From Mobula birostris (taxonomy: Eukaryota): a stretch of DNA of 64,000 nucleotides. The notes below the pieces were generated by a model. That model saw only the letters and a list, made by a program, of their open reading frames with translations. It had not been told where the DNA came from and made no database searches. Below are positions 61,085 through 64,000 of this stretch, piece by piece. The stretch's first letter is position 1; each line of letters opens with the position of its first letter. The translations under genes were made by a program, and so were the position numbers. Location of the stretch: assembly GCF_030028105.1 (NCBI RefSeq), contig NC_092376.1:169475613-169539612 (forward strand). The letters are read 5' to 3'.

Positions 61085-63660
61085 ATCATTGAACACTAAA
61101 GCAGAGAACCAGACCCTTCAGGCCATATAGTCTAGGTTGAACCATTAATCCGCCTAGTCCCAGCTACCTGCATAGCCCTCCATACACCTCTCATTCTTGT
61201 ACCTATCCAAATTTCCCTTTAATATTGAAATCAAACCCACATCTACCACTTGCACTGGCAGCTCATTCCGCACTGACACCACCCTCTGAGTGAAGCTGTT
61301 CCTCCTCATGTTCCCCTCAAGCGTTCTACTTTTCACTCTTAACCCATGACCTCTAGTTTTAGTCTCTCCCAACAATAGGGAAAAAGCCTTGCATCACCCT
61401 ATCTCTACCCCTTATAATTTTATATACCTCTATCAAATCTCCTCTCTATCTTCTACATTCTAGAGAATAAATTCCTAACCTGTACAACCTTTTCCTATAA
61501 CTGGGGTCTGAGCAACATCCTTGTAAATTTTCTCTGCACTCTTTCAATCTTTCCTCTAAGAAGGTGAACAAAGCTGCACATAATTCTCTAAATTAGGCCT
61601 CGTTTATGTCATATACAATTTCAGCACAACACCCCAGCTCTGCACTCTATACATTGATTTATTAAGGCCAATGTGCCCAAAGCTTTCTTTACAACCCTAC
61701 CTACCTATGACACCATTTTCAAGAAATTATAGAACTGTATTGTCAGATCCCTCTGTTTTACAGCACTCCTCAGTGCCCTACGTTTCATCGTTTAAGACCT
61801 ACCCTGGTTGGTCCTCCCAAAGTGCAACACCTCAAACTTGTGTGCATTAAATTCCATCTGCCATTTTCAGCCCATTTTTCCATCTGTTCCATGTCCCACT
61901 GCAAGCTTTACTAGTCTTACTTGTTGTCCACTACATCCCTGATCCAGTTAAGCATATTGTCATCCAGATTGTGGATATAGATGACAGACAACAGTAGACC
62001 CAGCTCCGATCCCTGCGCCACACTACTAGTCACGGGCCTCCAGTCAAAGAGGAAACCATTTATTACAACTCACTGGCTTCTCCCATGAAGCTAATGTCTA
62101 ATCCAATTTACTACTTCATCGTGAATGCCAAGTGACTGAACCATCTTGACCAACCTCCCATGTGGGACCTTGTCAAAGGCCTTGGTAACGTCCATGTAGA
62201 CAACATCCTCTGCCTTGCTGGTAGCCTCCTCAAAAAACTATAAGAATGGTTAGACGTGACCTAGCATGCATTGTTCCTATCAGTTCCCATCTATCCAAAT
62301 ACTTATATATATATCTTGTCCCTTAGAATACCTTCCAATAACTTTCCCGCTACTGATATCAGGCTCACCAGCCTATAATTTCCTAGTTTATTCTTAGAGC
62401 ATTCCTTGAACAGTGGAACAACTTTATCTATCCTCCAATCCTCCAGCGCCTCACACGTGGCTAATTATGTTTTAAATGTTTCTGTTAGGGCCCTTGAAAT
62501 TTCTGACCTAGCCTCCAATATGGTCCAAAGAGACCTCTTTTCAGGTACCACCCCAAATTCCCTCAAGACAACAAACACCTCCTCCTCTGTAATCTATAAT
62601 CTGTAGAGGGTTTATGACCTCGCTACTGCTTTGCCTTACTTCTGTGGAATCTGTGTCTGTTTCCTGAGTAAATACAGATACAAAAATCAATTTACAATCT
62701 CCCCCATCTCTTTCAGTTCCACGCATAATTATCACTCTGATCTTCCAGAGGACCTATTTTGTCCCTTGTGTAGTGATTTTATTTTCATAGTTTTCTGAAA
62801 AAGCTGTGTATCCTGCTGGTAGAATCTTCCTGGTTTCAAGATGGTAGGATTGGAATAAGGCTCTAGAGTGAGCCGGGCAGAGTGAGATCTGTGATGGACA
62901 GTGGAGGGGTCGTAATTACTTGATGGGAGATGCAAAGAAGGGAAGTTTGGGAAGATTGCCTAGATGATTTGATCCAATGGGAAGACACTGTTGCAAGGAG
63001 TGCTTTACAAGATGAAGGAGTTCAAGATGGGAAGTTCTGTCAGTGATTGGTGATGAGAATTCAGTGTCATGAGTAATGGCTATACCCAGCTTTTGGAAGA
63101 AATTAGCTGCAATGGTCATGTGCACATTTAGACTGGTCTAACTCTAATGGACCCTTTCATTTTTTTCTTTCTTTTCTTTCTCTTAATCCTTGTTTGATAA
63201 AATCGAAAGTGATAAATATACTTCCTTTATAATTTAATGCTAATGTACGATTTGTCATTTCTTGGTGACTGGTAATTCTGTATGGGCAATATTTACACAA
63301 CTTTCACTTAAATCGAGGTTCCGTTCATCAGAACATCCCAGCGTTCCTGTTTGGTTGAACCCCAAATCATAGCAATCCTAGACATACGTATATTGTTATA
63401 AAGGTGGTTCTTCTCACCACTGAGTCACGTGACTGTTAGCAGAGTTAGCTTTCAAGCCAAGTTCACATACGAACCCAGTGAGAGGGTTACATTTGTTACC
63501 CTTTTGCTATATTTACACTACAGAATCTGTAGAAACTCTTTGGATTATCCTTTACTTGTCTGCTTCAGCAACTTCATGCCTTCTTTTGGCCTTCCTGATT
63601 TCCTCCTTAAGTGATATCTTGCTTTTCCTATACTCCTCAAAGAGACATGGTTATTGGACA
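61085..63660 (-). mobile_element. CR1 fragment interrupted by the 62769-63491 solo LTR
   Basis: ORF 61154..61375 (TRGHGLRV...NSFTQRVV). CR1-like sequence resumes at 63492. Confidence 0.7.
62769..63491 (-). mobile_element. Solo LTR (723 bp) nested in a CR1, TSD CTTG/TTTG
   Basis: TG...CA termini. Removing it rejoins the CR1-like sequence gtcccttgttacccttttgct. TSD has one mismatch. Confidence 0.72.
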
Positions 63661-64000
63661 GAAGGCAGATTAGAAGAGTAATTACATATTTCTCTGTTTG
63701 GCAGGTTGAAACTACTGAGGTTCTGCAGAGATTAGTACTTCAGAGTCAGCTACTCTCAAAACAATATTAGCAATTTGGCTGAAGTGACCCAAAATGCTAT
63801 ATTTCTAAATTTGTTGATTTACATAACTGGCTAGGATTATACCGATGCAGCAGGATGTAAACAGGCTTCAAGAGAAAATGGAAAAGCTGAGTGGTATGGC
63901 AGTGAGGTGGTAAGCATTATGCTTGACAGAGCCAGATGTAAAATCATATTTCAATTCCCATTGCTCTCTGTAAGGAGCTTGTATGTTCTCCCAGTGTCTA

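Noticed and set aside
58500-61096. CR1 ORF2 fragments as functional genes
   Set aside because: They are broken into many short frames by stops and frameshifts, so these are dead copies.

Overview
Eukaryotic, repeat-dense vertebrate DNA. The repeat complement (CR1 LINEs, Rex1/Babar-like LINEs, Penelope ends, tRNA-derived V-SINEs, Tc1, Gypsy) points to a cartilaginous fish; this is inference. I assembled one host gene by hand on the + strand, about 4.9-35.6 kb, from GT-AG exons whose phases all match: a putative first leader exon ending at 5141, then 5896-5911, 12666-13007, 14486-14755, 17280-17618, 17732-17992, 20920-21024, 24267-24341, 27320-27373, 35343-35386 and 35523-35588. From 5896 these total 1572 nt, or 523 aa plus stop. 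The product is a type I membrane receptor with a CD4/LAG-3-like V-C2-V-C2 Ig ectodomain and a cysteine-free D1. Its ~87-aa tail has no CD4 Cx(C/H) or LAG-3 (F/Y)xxL(D/E) motif; it carries three tyrosine motifs (AEYMSV, IHYGDI, VIYAQI), each on its own exon. It therefore looks like an ITIM-type inhibitory CD4/LAG-3-like receptor. A minisatellite-linked tandem duplication has left a decoy copy of the D1 splice acceptor 474 bp upstream of the real one. The rest of the window is mostly decayed mobile elements: a Gypsy internal region, a full-length IR/DR Tc1, three solo LTRs with 4-bp TSDs, MITEs, and Penelope ends with minimal hammerhead-ribozyme relics. I found no second host gene with confidence. 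Boundaries of decayed repeats are approximate.
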